IMG/VR virus record: IMGVR_UViG_3300036888_000141
Location: 1-47,711 of that record
Source: a virus
Length of the DNA stretch: 47,711 bases
Strand: one strand, 5' to 3'
This document shows, in pieces, positions 35,832 through 45,881 of this stretch. The stretch's first letter is position 1, and each line of letters opens with the position of its first letter. The translations under genes and the position numbers were made by a program. The notes under the pieces were generated by a model. That model was not told where the DNA came from and made no database searches. It was given only the letters and a program-made list of their open reading frames with translations.

Positions 35832-38800
35832 TTGGGTATAGAAGTTACAGCGGATATTCAGGACGCTTTAGATGCTTTAGGAAATTTAAAGGGCGCTTTA
35901 GATAGTTTACCTGAAACAGTTAACCCTGAAGTTGATCTCGAAGATGATGATGCTCAAACAAAAATAGATGATTTTAACTCTGATTTACAAGATATTGATG
36001 GTGAGGATGTTGAGCCTGAAATCGATATTGGTGGTGATGGACTTGACCAAATCCAGACAATCCAAACCACATTAGATGAAGTTAACGGTGAATCAGTAGA
36101 ACCGGATCTTGAATTAGGTGGAGATGGACAGAATGAAATTCAGACTATTCAAACTACATTAGATAGTATCAATGGTGAGGAAGTAGAACCTGATATAACC
36201 TTAAATGATGATGCTGAAACTCAAATTGACAGTATTAAGACTGATTTGGAGGATATTAATGGTGAAACGGTTACTCCGGAGGTTAATGTTGATGGCGATG
36301 CTATAACAAACTTACCAGCTATAAGGGATGATATAGAAAGTTTACCAGCCACTCAAGAAATTGAATTAGATCTTACAGGAGATGTTGAAACTCAATTACC
36401 AGCAATAAGAGATGATGTAGAGAGTTTACCAGCCACACAGAGTATTGAGATTGAAGAAACCGGAAATGCAGATTCTCAAATTGAAACAATTAAAGACGAT
36501 GCCGAATCCATACCTACTACTATAGATATTGATGTTGAAACTGATGCTGGTGATGCTGATAGCCAACTAGAAAATACTAAAAATGATGCTGATGATTTAA
36601 GTAATTCTGAAGGCGATGCTGGTCAAGCGGGTGAACAGGCTGGAAGTGATATTAGCGATGGTATGGGTGTAGCAGCTACTGGAATAACAGCGGTTAGTGC
36701 AGAAGCGGAAAATTTGACACAGCAATTATATGAAGATCAAACCGCTATGCAACAATTAGCAATATTCACCGGTGAAACCAATCAGCAGATGACTACATTA
36801 GTTAATAATGTTACAAGTGCTTCCGTTTCTCAGCAATATGCTGAACAATATATTCAAACACTCATGCAGTTAGGAGTTCCTAATGATTTACTTCAGAAAA
36901 ATGCGGAGGAATTAGCTAAAATCGGAGAAGCCACAGGCAATGACGCTGAAACTACCTCAGCTTTCGCTCAGACTGTGGTGGCGTTGGGTGGTGATGCTCA
37001 GGATATGGGTGATTATCTTGGAATGGCTGGGTATGAGCAGCAGAACTTCGTAGGAGGTCTTCAAAACTTCTCGCAGATGGCACCGATGTTCGCTGTTCAA
37101 ATGAGTGCGATGGGATTTAGTACGCAACAATCAGCGGTGATAATGGCTGATATGAGTCAGAAAACCGGTGGAACTAGAAAAGGAATGATGGCGTTAATGA
37201 CCGCTGCGAATGGAAGCGGAGCTGCTTTATTAAACGAATTGAATACTACTACTCCAGCAGTTAATACTCAAGCGGATTCTTTCGGTAACTATACGAATAA
37301 AGTTAATGAAGCATCATCTGCAGATGAGAACAATCAATCATGGGTAGCTCAACTACAAACAGAGTATACTAAACTAATGCTTACTTTAGGAGATATCGGA
37401 CCAGAGATTCTCACAATAGCTGGAGCTATTGGTACGTTGGTTGCAGGACCATCAGCGGCTGCATGGCTTGCTGATAAACTATTCCAAACGGATTTCCAAA
37501 CTGCTTATAATGATTGGTTAAAAACTAAATTAGAGCCAGTTACAGATTTGATGAAAAGTGCTTTGCAGAAAGCAGGAGTAGATATAGGCGATTCCGCAGA
37601 AGATGCAGGTAAAACAGTAGATAATGATGTAGGAAAAGCAACAGAGGATATGGGGAATAGTTTTAAAAGCGGTTTTAATTATGTGAATGAAACTATTGAG
37701 AATGCTGGAGATGAATTAAATTTCAGCGATATAGGTGAAAGATTTGATACTGACTTTGTCGATGTTGGAAATGGTATAAAGAGTGGAATTAGTGATATTG
37801 GTAGTACAATTAAATCAGGATTAGGAAATGTTGGGAATACAGTTACAGACGGTGCAAATTCGCTTAAATCTGATTTTGATTATATTGGCAGCTCAATTAA
37901 AACATCAATTGGTGACTGGAAAGACGGTTTTTCAGGTGCTGATGATGGCGTTATCGACATGTTCAAGAATTTAGATGGAACATGGGAAGCTCAATCTCCA
38001 AATTTCTTAGAGAAAATTGTAACTTTCGGTAAGAATATTACCGGAGATTTAACAGATGGAATTAATCTTCCAGATTTATCCAGTTTAGGAGGTAAAATTC
38101 CGGATAGTTTAACGGAAGGAATAGGTTCTAAAGTTGGAGATTTAATTCCCGGTGTTGGTGAAATATTAGCTGTGGTTACTACCGGTATTCAGGGAGTTTA
38201 TGGTTATACTCAGAATACGAAGGAAGGACCAATAGGGGTTATGTTAGGTCTGTGGGGATTATCATTACCAGCTCCTTTAGAGAAGATTGAAAGTTTATTA
38301 AGTTCGGATAGTATTTTGTCAGGTCTTTTAGGACCAGGTCAGGGGGAGAAAATAACTAGTCAGCTTAATCAAACTTTCAATGTTCCTATAATGAATGCTT
38401 TAAATCCGATTCCAGGAGAGGTTGAAAAAGATTTAAGTGGAATACCATCAGCAATAACTAATGCTTTCAAAGGAAGTGGTGGTAATCCGTTAGCTGGTTT
38501 ACAAACTGATTTCGATAACGGACTTAACGGTATTAAATCAGATGTAACCGGTTTTGTTAGTTGGATTAGCGGAGAACCTATGAAGATGACTTCATGGAAA
38601 TGGAGTAATGTAACTGGAAATATAGGGGATATAATAGGTGGAATAGAGAAGGATTTAGGTGGATTACAGAGTTGGGTAACTAGTTTTAAATTACCGTCCA
38701 GTTATCAGTTAGGACAGGATTTAGTAGTAGGATTAACTGATGCTGTTTGGGGAATAGTAGATGCGGTTAAAGATATTGAAGGCGGATATAATGATTTAAA

Positions 38801-40235
38801 ATCTTTCTTAGGAAAACTGCCTAGTGAAATATCAGCCGATGCGAATAATATTTGGAAAAGCATAACCGGTGGATTAAGTGAAGCCGAGAAAGATATAACC
38901 GGCGGTATTAAAACAGTTGAAGCCGATTTTACAAACTTTGAGAGTGATATTAAGAAAATACCTAGTGAAATAGAAGCTGATGCTAAAAATATTTGGAATG
39001 GACTGGTAGCTGGATATAATGATGTTAAAGCAGATATTTTAGGTGGAATAAATGATGTTAAGAAAGATTTCACAGATTTTGAAAGTTGGATTACTAGTAT
39101 TCCTAGTCAAATTGAATCCGATGCTCGGAATGTTTGGAATGGATTAGTAACTGGATATAATGATGTTAAAGCAGATATATTTAATATACCTAATGAGATT
39201 AAAAAGGATATAACCGATTTTGAAAGTTGGCTTACCGGTATTCCGGGGCAGATTGAAACTGATGCAGAAAATATTTGGAAAGGATTTGTTACTGGAATAA
39301 AAAATGAAGAATCAGCCATAGAAACTGAAATAAGTAATTTAGAAACGGATTTCTGGAATGATGTTAAATGGATTGAAGATTTACCAGATGAAATGTTAAA
39401 ATATGGAGAAGGGGTTATAACTGGTTTTATTCAGGGAATGGAAAACAAAGTTCCCGGATTAAATCAAGCATTAGCAGCTTTATCCGCATTATTTCCACAT
39501 AGTCCTCCAGAAACAGGACCATTAACTGATGTAAATTCAGATAATATGACAAATTATGCAGATACATTGATGAATGGATTCATAACCGGCGTAACGAATA
39601 ATATAACTGGAGTTTTAAATGCTTTAAAAACTATTGCTAGCTTATTCCCTCACAGTCCAGTAGAATCCGGACCACTGGCGGATGTTACTCCTGCGAATAT
39701 GACTTCTCTCGGTATAGATTTAATGGGTGGATTAGCATCTGGAATAACCAGCGGATCGAGCCAGGTTACTTCTGCCCTTCAAACGGTGCAATCCACTGTT
39801 AATAATAATTTAAATAGTAGCTCCGGTGGTTCCAGCAGTAATTCCACATTAATTAGTGATGCAACCACGGCTTCTAGTGCGGTCAGCCAATTAGCCACCG
39901 CAGCCCAAACCGCCAGCGGAGCATTAATTCAAACAGCAACCACCAGCACATCTGTGGCAAGCAGTTTAAATCAGTTAATAACGAATACTGCAACTCCGAT
40001 TTTATCCGCAATTGAACAAGCGAATGTAGCTGCGAATGCGGGAGCTACTACTCAACAAGTAACAGTGAATTTCCATCCTAATAGTATTCAATTACCGGAG
40101 GGAGTTACACCTGATTCAGCGAGAGCTATTGCAGGAGCTTTCGGAGATGAAGTAGCGAAAAGAATAAACAGAGGAGCAATCAGCAACGGTTTGAAACCTT
40201 ATAGTATTTATAATAATCCTAATTTGCATAAATAA
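35832..40235 (+). CDS. Tape measure protein
   Basis: 1467 aa, helical, periodic W/F repeats; ALSALFPHSPPETGPL motif twice; acidic repetitive N-terminus. Confidence 0.9.
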   Translation: MGIEVTADIQDALDALGNLKGALDSLPETVNPEVDLEDDDAQTKIDDFNSDLQDIDGEDVEPEIDIGGDGLDQIQTIQTTLDEVNGESVEPDLELGGDGQNEIQTIQTTLDSINGEEVEPDITLNDDAETQIDSIKTDLEDINGETVTPEVNVDGDAITNLPAIRDDIESLPATQEIELDLTGDVETQLPAIRDDVESLPATQSIEIEETGNADSQIETIKDDAESIPTTIDIDVETDAGDADSQLENTKNDADDLSNSEGDAGQAGEQAGSDISDGMGVAATGITAVSAEAENLTQQLYEDQTAMQQLAIFTGETNQQMTTLVNNVTSASVSQQYAEQYIQTLMQLGVPNDLLQKNAEELAKIGEATGNDAETTSAFAQTVVALGGDAQDMGDYLGMAGYEQQNFVGGLQNFSQMAPMFAVQMSAMGFSTQQSAVIMADMSQKTGGTRKGMMALMTAANGSGAALLNELNTTTPAVNTQADSFGNYTNKVNEASSADENNQSWVAQLQTEYTKLMLTLGDIGPEILTIAGAIGTLVAGPSAAAWLADKLFQTDFQTAYNDWLKTKLEPVTDLMKSALQKAGVDIGDSAEDAGKTVDNDVGKATEDMGNSFKSGFNYVNETIENAGDELNFSDIGERFDTDFVDVGNGIKSGISDIGSTIKSGLGNVGNTVTDGANSLKSDFDYIGSSIKTSIGDWKDGFSGADDGVIDMFKNLDGTWEAQSPNFLEKIVTFGKNITGDLTDGINLPDLSSLGGKIPDSLTEGIGSKVGDLIPGVGEILAVVTTGIQGVYGYTQNTKEGPIGVMLGLWGLSLPAPLEKIESLLSSDSILSGLLGPGQGEKITSQLNQTFNVPIMNALNPIPGEVEKDLSGIPSAITNAFKGSGGNPLAGLQTDFDNGLNGIKSDVTGFVSWISGEPMKMTSWKWSNVTGNIGDIIGGIEKDLGGLQSWVTSFKLPSSYQLGQDLVVGLTDAVWGIVDAVKDIEGGYNDLKSFLGKLPSEISADANNIWKSITGGLSEAEKDITGGIKTVEADFTNFESDIKKIPSEIEADAKNIWNGLVAGYNDVKADILGGINDVKKDFTDFESWITSIPSQIESDARNVWNGLVTGYNDVKADIFNIPNEIKKDITDFESWLTGIPGQIETDAENIWKGFVTGIKNEESAIETEISNLETDFWNDVKWIEDLPDEMLKYGEGVITGFIQGMENKVPGLNQALAALSALFPHSPPETGPLTDVNSDNMTNYADTLMNGFITGVTNNITGVLNALKTIASLFPHSPVESGPLADVTPANMTSLGIDLMGGLASGITSGSSQVTSALQTVQSTVNNNLNSSSGGSSSNSTLISDATTASSAVSQLATAAQTASGALIQTATTSTSVASSLNQLITNTATPILSAIEQANVAANAGATTQQVTVNFHPNSIQLPEGVTPDSARAIAGAFGDEVAKRINRGAISNGLKPYSIYNNPNLHK

Positions 40236-40260
40236 ATAAACTTTTTGGAGGAAGAAAATT

Positions 40261-40674
40261 ATGGGAAGTTACAGTATATATTTAGATAACAAAATTTTAG
40301 GACATATTGTCGGTAAAGCAGCATATACTATGCCAGAAGCGTTTTTAGCAGTCAGTACAGCTAATCCTACCAACAGTGGTTCAGGATTAGCTGAACCGGT
40401 GGGTAATAGTTATGCTAGAATAGCTACTGCTGCGGGTGATTGGAATACTCCTACTAGTGGAGCGATAAGTAATGCGAATGCTTTTAATTTTCCCGCTGCA
40501 ACCGGAGCATGGGGTACAATAGCTTACTTTGCTTTAATGGATGCTTTAACTGCTGGAAATGTTTTAGCTTATGGTCAATGCCTAGATGCATCGGGAAATG
40601 TAACTACTAAAGTAATTGGAAACGGAGATATTCTAAGTATAGGAGCGGGAAGTTTAGTTATAACTCAGGTTTAA
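40261..40674 (+). CDS. Phage tail-fibre-associated structural protein
   Basis: YARIA.....W......ISNANAFNFPAATGAWGTIAYFALMDALTAGNVLAYG pattern. Confidence 0.75.
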   Translation: MGSYSIYLDNKILGHIVGKAAYTMPEAFLAVSTANPTNSGSGLAEPVGNSYARIATAAGDWNTPTSGAISNANAFNFPAATGAWGTIAYFALMDALTAGNVLAYGQCLDASGNVTTKVIGNGDILSIGAGSLVITQV

Positions 40675-40726
40675 AAAATTTAATCATTCTTTTTTGTTAT
40701 TATAAATCTTTTTGAGTGAATAAAAT

Positions 40727-43700
40727 ATGCCAATATCAATCTCAACAATCCAACCTTATAATCAGGTTAGTGGAGGAGCAGTAGGTTATGATTCTACAAC
40801 TAGTTTAAGTGCTTTATATATTCAAGCAGTTTTAAATAATTTTGAGGGAAGAGTTAATAGACCTATAACTCAATCAGTGGGTAGATGGGATATTAATTTC
40901 AGATTGGATAATTCCGGTTCTAATTTTTTTGAATATATATTTTTATCAAGTTCAAGTAATTCTCCAGTCAGCGGTTATGCATTACGAGCTATTGTAGGTT
41001 CACCTAATACAGCAGCTTTGATTTCAATTGATGGAAGTTATAATGAAACCGTTTTATTAACAACTACATTGAGCAATCCGAATGCTGCTCATACAATGAG
41101 CGTTAGTCGTGATGTTGATGGTAATTTCCAGTTCTGGCTTGACGGTGTAAGTGTTGGAACAGTTCAAGACACAACTTATACAAGTTTCACATACGATTGG
41201 ATGCGACTTTGGAGTGGTTCAGGAACGAGTACAGCTTATATCTTCAGTTTAAAATTTAATGGAGTTTATGTTAATGATTGGGATGGTGTTGAATTACTTC
41301 CTTATGTTGGTGTTTGGGGTAATTATGGAGTAAGCGTTGATCCAGTTACTAGTGAAGATGTTTTATGGTTAGGTGCAGTTCAAAGTAGTTCTCAAGGTTA
41401 TTTATCAAGAGCTATCACCGAGTTTACTGGAGAGTGGACTGTAAATTTCAGGATGGATAGTAGTTTTAATAATTCGTTTTATTATGAGTTTTTAGCTGGT
41501 ACTAGTGGGGTAGGGCAGAGTATAGATTCAAGTTATGCTATTAGAGCAAATGTAGGTGGAGATGGACTTGCAGCATTAGTAAAAACAGACTCCGCAGGTA
41601 CTGAAACAACTTTACTTTCCACTTTATTTAGTAATCCAAATGCTATCCATATGATGAGCGTTAGTCGTGATGTTGATGGTAATTTCCAGTTCTGGCTTGA
41701 CGGTGTAAGTGTTGGAACAGTTCAAGACACAACTTATACAAGTTTCACATACGATTGGCTTAGAGAATGGAGTATAAGTGGTGGTGGAAGTCCTAATGTT
41801 TATATTAATGGAGTTCAGAAAGATGGAATTAATATTATAGGTTCTATACCTACAAATTGTGATTTTAATGTATCAAATCAAAGTAATGTATCTTGTGAAT
41901 TTCAGGCACAAACTAATATTCATGCAAATATTTTTAATTATAGTGCCATAGATTGGTATCCTCTAATCCATTTAAATATTCTTAAACAAAGTGGAAATCC
42001 AATCGTATCGTGTACTACTGTTCCCGGAAACAATGTAGAGGGAAATATAGGCTGTCCTAGATTAATTAATATCAATGGACAATTACGGATGTACCTACTT
42101 GAAGGGTATGTTTCAGGAGTTTGTGAAATAGGATATGTGGTAGGAGATTCAACACTACAAAATTGGGAAAATGACTCCGGACCATTATATAATTTCACAT
42201 CAGGCAGCGTTGGAGAAAGAATTGGTAATATTATAAAGATAGGTGATCTTTATTATATGTATCAAGGAACTGAACCTGCTACCAATATATATGTATCAAC
42301 ATCTCCTAATGGAATTAACTGGACACCCATATCAAGTCCTGTGCTTTCTGCTGACAGCGGTATTGGTGAACCCTGCATAAACCTTCCTTATGTAATAGAA
42401 TTTAACGGTACATATTATATGTACTATACTAATTACAATGGTTCATATTTACATCCTTATCAACATAAAGTTGCTACTAGTCCAGATGGACTTAACTGGA
42501 CTAAAGTAGGTTTTGTAAATCAAATCGGTGGAAGTGAAGATTGGGATAGTACATTTATTGAAGATAAAAGCGTCTATTATGATGGAAATAATTATCTTCT
42601 TGTATATGAAGGGTATAATGGAACTCAATGGTGCGTAGGTCTTAGCATAAGCAGCAGTCCAACAGGACCATTCACTAAATCTTCTATTAACCCTATTTTA
42701 AGACCTAGCGGAGTTCCCGGAACTTTTGATCAATATCATGTAGCTACACCGTTATTATATGAATCTGGAGGAACACTTTATTTATTTTATCAGGGATGTA
42801 ATTATCCTACTTATAATAGTAATAGTGCTGTGTGGGATATAGGATTAGCAATAGTAAAATCATTATCTCCTGTTGAGATGACACTAGGTTTTGATATAGA
42901 GAATGAGAGCGATGTATCTTGTGAATTTACATCTCAAAATTTATATCCGGTTATTGGGGGAAGTTTATTAAATCAAAGTGGAATAACTGGAGAATTTTAC
43001 ACTAAAGCATTTATTAAAGGAGATATAAGTAATGATAGTGTATTGAGTTACCAGATGGTTTCCGGTATCGTGCATATAAAAGCATTGATAGCGAATACGA
43101 GTATTTTACAATCAAGGTTTACTCAGAATTATAATTTTAATTTAATAATAAGTAATGTAGGTGCTATGTATCCTCTGCTTTTAGGAGATATGGTTTATTT
43201 CTGCGGAGAAGTATATAATGTGAGTAATTTCAATCCTATACTTCCATCAACTACTTATTATTTAATTGAGAATGTTTCTGGAACTGAAATTTCGGGATTA
43301 ACTTTTGAACCAGCGTATCAGGGAAGTAATAGTGCTGTTCAAACTATAATATTGCAGAGTATTGAAGGAAGTCCTGATTTAACTGTGAATATATCAGCTT
43401 CTAGCGGTTTAGTTCCTACGGAACTTCAGAATGCAAGTGAGAATAGTTATGAATATGTTAATTTAAGTAGCACTGGAGATACTGGTGATTGGCATGATAC
43501 TTTAGAAGTAACCATTCCATCGGGAGGATCTGTTAAATTTTATATTCAAGCAGATATACCAGCGAATGCGGTTGCTGGAGGGTGGATGTGCAGTTTGAAC
43601 ACGACTGCAACGGTGAATAGTGGTACTTATTCTCAAAATTTAATTTTAGGTGGAACTACTTTAACCGGTAATCCAGTTATAGCTACCGGTGGAACTCCAA

Positions 43701-44953
43701 ATGTACCTGTTATCGCTGAAATGGGGAATGTTAATTATAATGCTATTACGAAGTTTACTATTACGGATAAGATTAATGTAGCTGCGAAAACTTTTGAAAT
43801 AGATTACAGCACAGCTTTAACGCCGGAAGAGTTTGAAAGTGGTACGCAGGTTATTCTAGCTCAGGAGGATACTACTATGCTTAATGGAAGTATTCAGGAT
43901 GCTGAGGAAGATGGTAATCCGGGAAACCATACATTTGTTTTGACTGGAAGAGATCAAGCTCAGGCATTGGTGAATCAAAGTTTTACTGCGGCGATTAACT
44001 GTCCGGTAGCTCCATCTGCTTCGGGTGGTGCGGTGTTAGTAGGTTTTTATACTTATCCTCAACTTTTGAACATGATATTAGCAGGTACACCTATTCAAGT
44101 CGGTTCAAGTGTTAATATTTCAGATCAATGGAATAGTAGTCTTTCTTTTTGTGGAACTTGGAGTACGAAGAAAATTGCATTAGATTATTTATTTTATCTA
44201 ATAGCTCAAAATACAGGACAAGAATTAGAATGGTTTATTGATAATGATGGTTTTCTGCAAACTTTCGATGTAAGTAATCCGGGAGCGGTAGCTTTATATT
44301 TACACATGGATGATCCAGCTATTCGCACTCTTAAATTCGTTGATAATAGTGAGAATGTGGTTAATAGGATTACAGCTTATGGAAGTACGAATAATAGTAT
44401 TTCGGTTACGGTTAATGATCTGGCTAGTCAGGCGATTTATGGAATTATAGAAGGTCCAGATTTGCAGGATTGTAGTTTAACAACGGAAACGGAGGTTCAG
44501 GCAGCAGCAGAAGCTCAACTAGCTTTAAATTGTAATCCTGTTTATACTGCGACAATAGTTTTACCTCAATTTCCGGGAGCGGTGGCTGGTCAGCCGGTTA
44601 TGTTTCCGGGGCATCCTAAGTATGGGAATACTGTTTTTATAATTAGTGAGGTGTTAAGAACAGGTGTTCAAGCGAATTATACTACTACAATTACTGCTAC
44701 GACTGATCCTAATGTTATAAGTCCTATGGAGAGTTTTGATATGGTTCAGATTGTAGCTCAGAATGCGGTAGCTCAGAATCTTCCTCAAGTTGGAGTAGTA
44801 TCAGCGGTGGGTGATGGTGTGGCTACAGTTAATACGGTAGGTGGAGTTGTTTCTGCTAATACTTTGGATCAAACTGTTTCGGATTCGGATTCATCCAGTT
44901 CTAGTTCTAGTTCAAGCAGTTCTGGTGGTTCATCGTTAAATGCATTAGATTGA
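40727..44953 (+). CDS. Multidomain tail-tip protein: 2x lectin/LamG-like + five-bladed GH-like propeller + baseplate hub-like C-terminus
   Basis: Duplicated HTMSVSRDVDGNFQFWLDG domain; five P.v....g.yyMyy.g blades; C-terminal VVNRITAYG, IYGIIEG, FIISEV. Confidence 0.7.
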   Translation: MPISISTIQPYNQVSGGAVGYDSTTSLSALYIQAVLNNFEGRVNRPITQSVGRWDINFRLDNSGSNFFEYIFLSSSSNSPVSGYALRAIVGSPNTAALISIDGSYNETVLLTTTLSNPNAAHTMSVSRDVDGNFQFWLDGVSVGTVQDTTYTSFTYDWMRLWSGSGTSTAYIFSLKFNGVYVNDWDGVELLPYVGVWGNYGVSVDPVTSEDVLWLGAVQSSSQGYLSRAITEFTGEWTVNFRMDSSFNNSFYYEFLAGTSGVGQSIDSSYAIRANVGGDGLAALVKTDSAGTETTLLSTLFSNPNAIHMMSVSRDVDGNFQFWLDGVSVGTVQDTTYTSFTYDWLREWSISGGGSPNVYINGVQKDGINIIGSIPTNCDFNVSNQSNVSCEFQAQTNIHANIFNYSAIDWYPLIHLNILKQSGNPIVSCTTVPGNNVEGNIGCPRLININGQLRMYLLEGYVSGVCEIGYVVGDSTLQNWENDSGPLYNFTSGSVGERIGNIIKIGDLYYMYQGTEPATNIYVSTSPNGINWTPISSPVLSADSGIGEPCINLPYVIEFNGTYYMYYTNYNGSYLHPYQHKVATSPDGLNWTKVGFVNQIGGSEDWDSTFIEDKSVYYDGNNYLLVYEGYNGTQWCVGLSISSSPTGPFTKSSINPILRPSGVPGTFDQYHVATPLLYESGGTLYLFYQGCNYPTYNSNSAVWDIGLAIVKSLSPVEMTLGFDIENESDVSCEFTSQNLYPVIGGSLLNQSGITGEFYTKAFIKGDISNDSVLSYQMVSGIVHIKALIANTSILQSRFTQNYNFNLIISNVGAMYPLLLGDMVYFCGEVYNVSNFNPILPSTTYYLIENVSGTEISGLTFEPAYQGSNSAVQTIILQSIEGSPDLTVNISASSGLVPTELQNASENSYEYVNLSSTGDTGDWHDTLEVTIPSGGSVKFYIQADIPANAVAGGWMCSLNTTATVNSGTYSQNLILGGTTLTGNPVIATGGTPNVPVIAEMGNVNYNAITKFTITDKINVAAKTFEIDYSTALTPEEFESGTQVILAQEDTTMLNGSIQDAEEDGNPGNHTFVLTGRDQAQALVNQSFTAAINCPVAPSASGGAVLVGFYTYPQLLNMILAGTPIQVGSSVNISDQWNSSLSFCGTWSTKKIALDYLFYLIAQNTGQELEWFIDNDGFLQTFDVSNPGAVALYLHMDDPAIRTLKFVDNSENVVNRITAYGSTNNSISVTVNDLASQAIYGIIEGPDLQDCSLTTETEVQAAAEAQLALNCNPVYTATIVLPQFPGAVAGQPVMFPGHPKYGNTVFIISEVLRTGVQANYTTTITATTDPNVISPMESFDMVQIVAQNAVAQNLPQVGVVSAVGDGVATVNTVGGVVSANTLDQTVSDSDSSSSSSSSSSSGGSSLNALD
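41096..41200 (+). repeat. 105-bp perfect direct repeat copy 1
   Basis: Identical to 41654-41758; offset 558 nt keeps the frame. Confidence 0.95.
41654..41758 (+). repeat. 105-bp perfect direct repeat copy 2
   Basis: Identical to 41096-41200. Confidence 0.95.
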
Positions 44954-44966
44954 GGGGTAATTTTAG

Positions 44967-45848
44967 ATGGTTAATAATAATGCGGATACGATATTAGTGA
45001 ATACTCCCGGAGGGGTGATAGCTGTTCAAAGTGCTAATTTAGTTCAGGGAAATAAGGTTTTATTATTTAATACTCCGGGTGGTCAGATTGCTTATGATGG
45101 AGGGAATTTGAGTGTTGGAGATAATGCTTTAGTTGTAAATACTCCTTGCGGTCAGATTGCGGTGGGTGATGGAGCTGAATCTGCTTCAACTACTCCTCCA
45201 ACTACTCCTCCAACTACACCTCCAACCACGCCTCCTACTACTCCCCCTACTCCACCTTCTCCTCCATTTCTTCCTCCTTTTAATCCTCCCGGTGGTGGAG
45301 GCGGAGGTTCTGGCGGTGGTGGCTCTGGCGGCGGAGGTGGAGGTGGCTCTGGTGGAGGTGGCTCTGGTGGCGGAGGTGGAGGCGGCTCTGGCAATCCGGG
45401 ATTAAAACTGCCTAATGGTCAGGAAGTTTGGTGTATAAATCTTTCTATGGGTTTTGACCAGCCGGTTGTGCCTGAAGGTTCTTATGGTGAAGATAAAATT
45501 CAGTTAGGGAATGTTATTTTCTTCTGGCAGGGAAATGGTCATATTTGTATTCAATCCACCTGTCCTTTAATGTTCCCTTCGGAAGCAGATATGACTCCTG
45601 ATATATGGGTAGATGATGCGTTAGTTGTATCTAATAATAATTTATTAGTTGAAGGGAACGATGCATATTTAACAGCGGGTACTAGTGAGCGTGGTCCTCA
45701 GTTTGGTCCTTCAGACGTTGATCCAGAAATTCCTTTATATATTACTTCCATTTGTCAGGTAGGACTTAATAGTCTTAATTTTGTAATTTTGGATTACTGG
45801 GGTGATCGGATAGGTTGTAGTCCTCTTTATGTTGTTCTTAATGATTGA
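44967..45848 (+). CDS. Tail fibre/receptor-binding-like protein with PT and GGGGS linkers
   Basis: N-terminal NTPGG repeats, (TTPP)n, (GGGGS)n, C-terminal beta domain shared with the next ORF. Confidence 0.75.
   Translation: MVNNNADTILVNTPGGVIAVQSANLVQGNKVLLFNTPGGQIAYDGGNLSVGDNALVVNTPCGQIAVGDGAESASTTPPTTPPTTPPTTPPTTPPTPPSPPFLPPFNPPGGGGGGSGGGGSGGGGGGGSGGGGSGGGGGGGSGNPGLKLPNGQEVWCINLSMGFDQPVVPEGSYGEDKIQLGNVIFFWQGNGHICIQSTCPLMFPSEADMTPDIWVDDALVVSNNNLLVEGNDAYLTAGTSERGPQFGPSDVDPEIPLYITSICQVGLNSLNFVILDYWGDRIGCSPLYVVLND
45167..45395 (+). repeat. Low-complexity coding repeats (TTPP and Gly-Ser)
   Basis: ACTACTCCTCCA and GGTGGAGGCGGCTCT units. Confidence 0.8.
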
Positions 45849-45881
45849 AAAAATAGAAATTTAATATAGGAGAAAAATTTC

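Noticed and set aside
37045-37051. ACTTCGT inside the tape measure gene (also ACGAAGT at 43748-43754)
   Set aside because: No partner arm at 13-14 nt; coding context; isolated 7-mers are expected by chance
41096-41758. Diversity-generating retroelement TR/VR interpretation of the 105-bp repeat
   Set aside because: Copies are identical (no A-to-N changes), both lie in one ORF, and no reverse transcriptase is present
45152-45405. Track ORFs 45152..45394 (-) and 45157..45405 (+)
   Set aside because: Shadow frames of the PT/GS low-complexity linker
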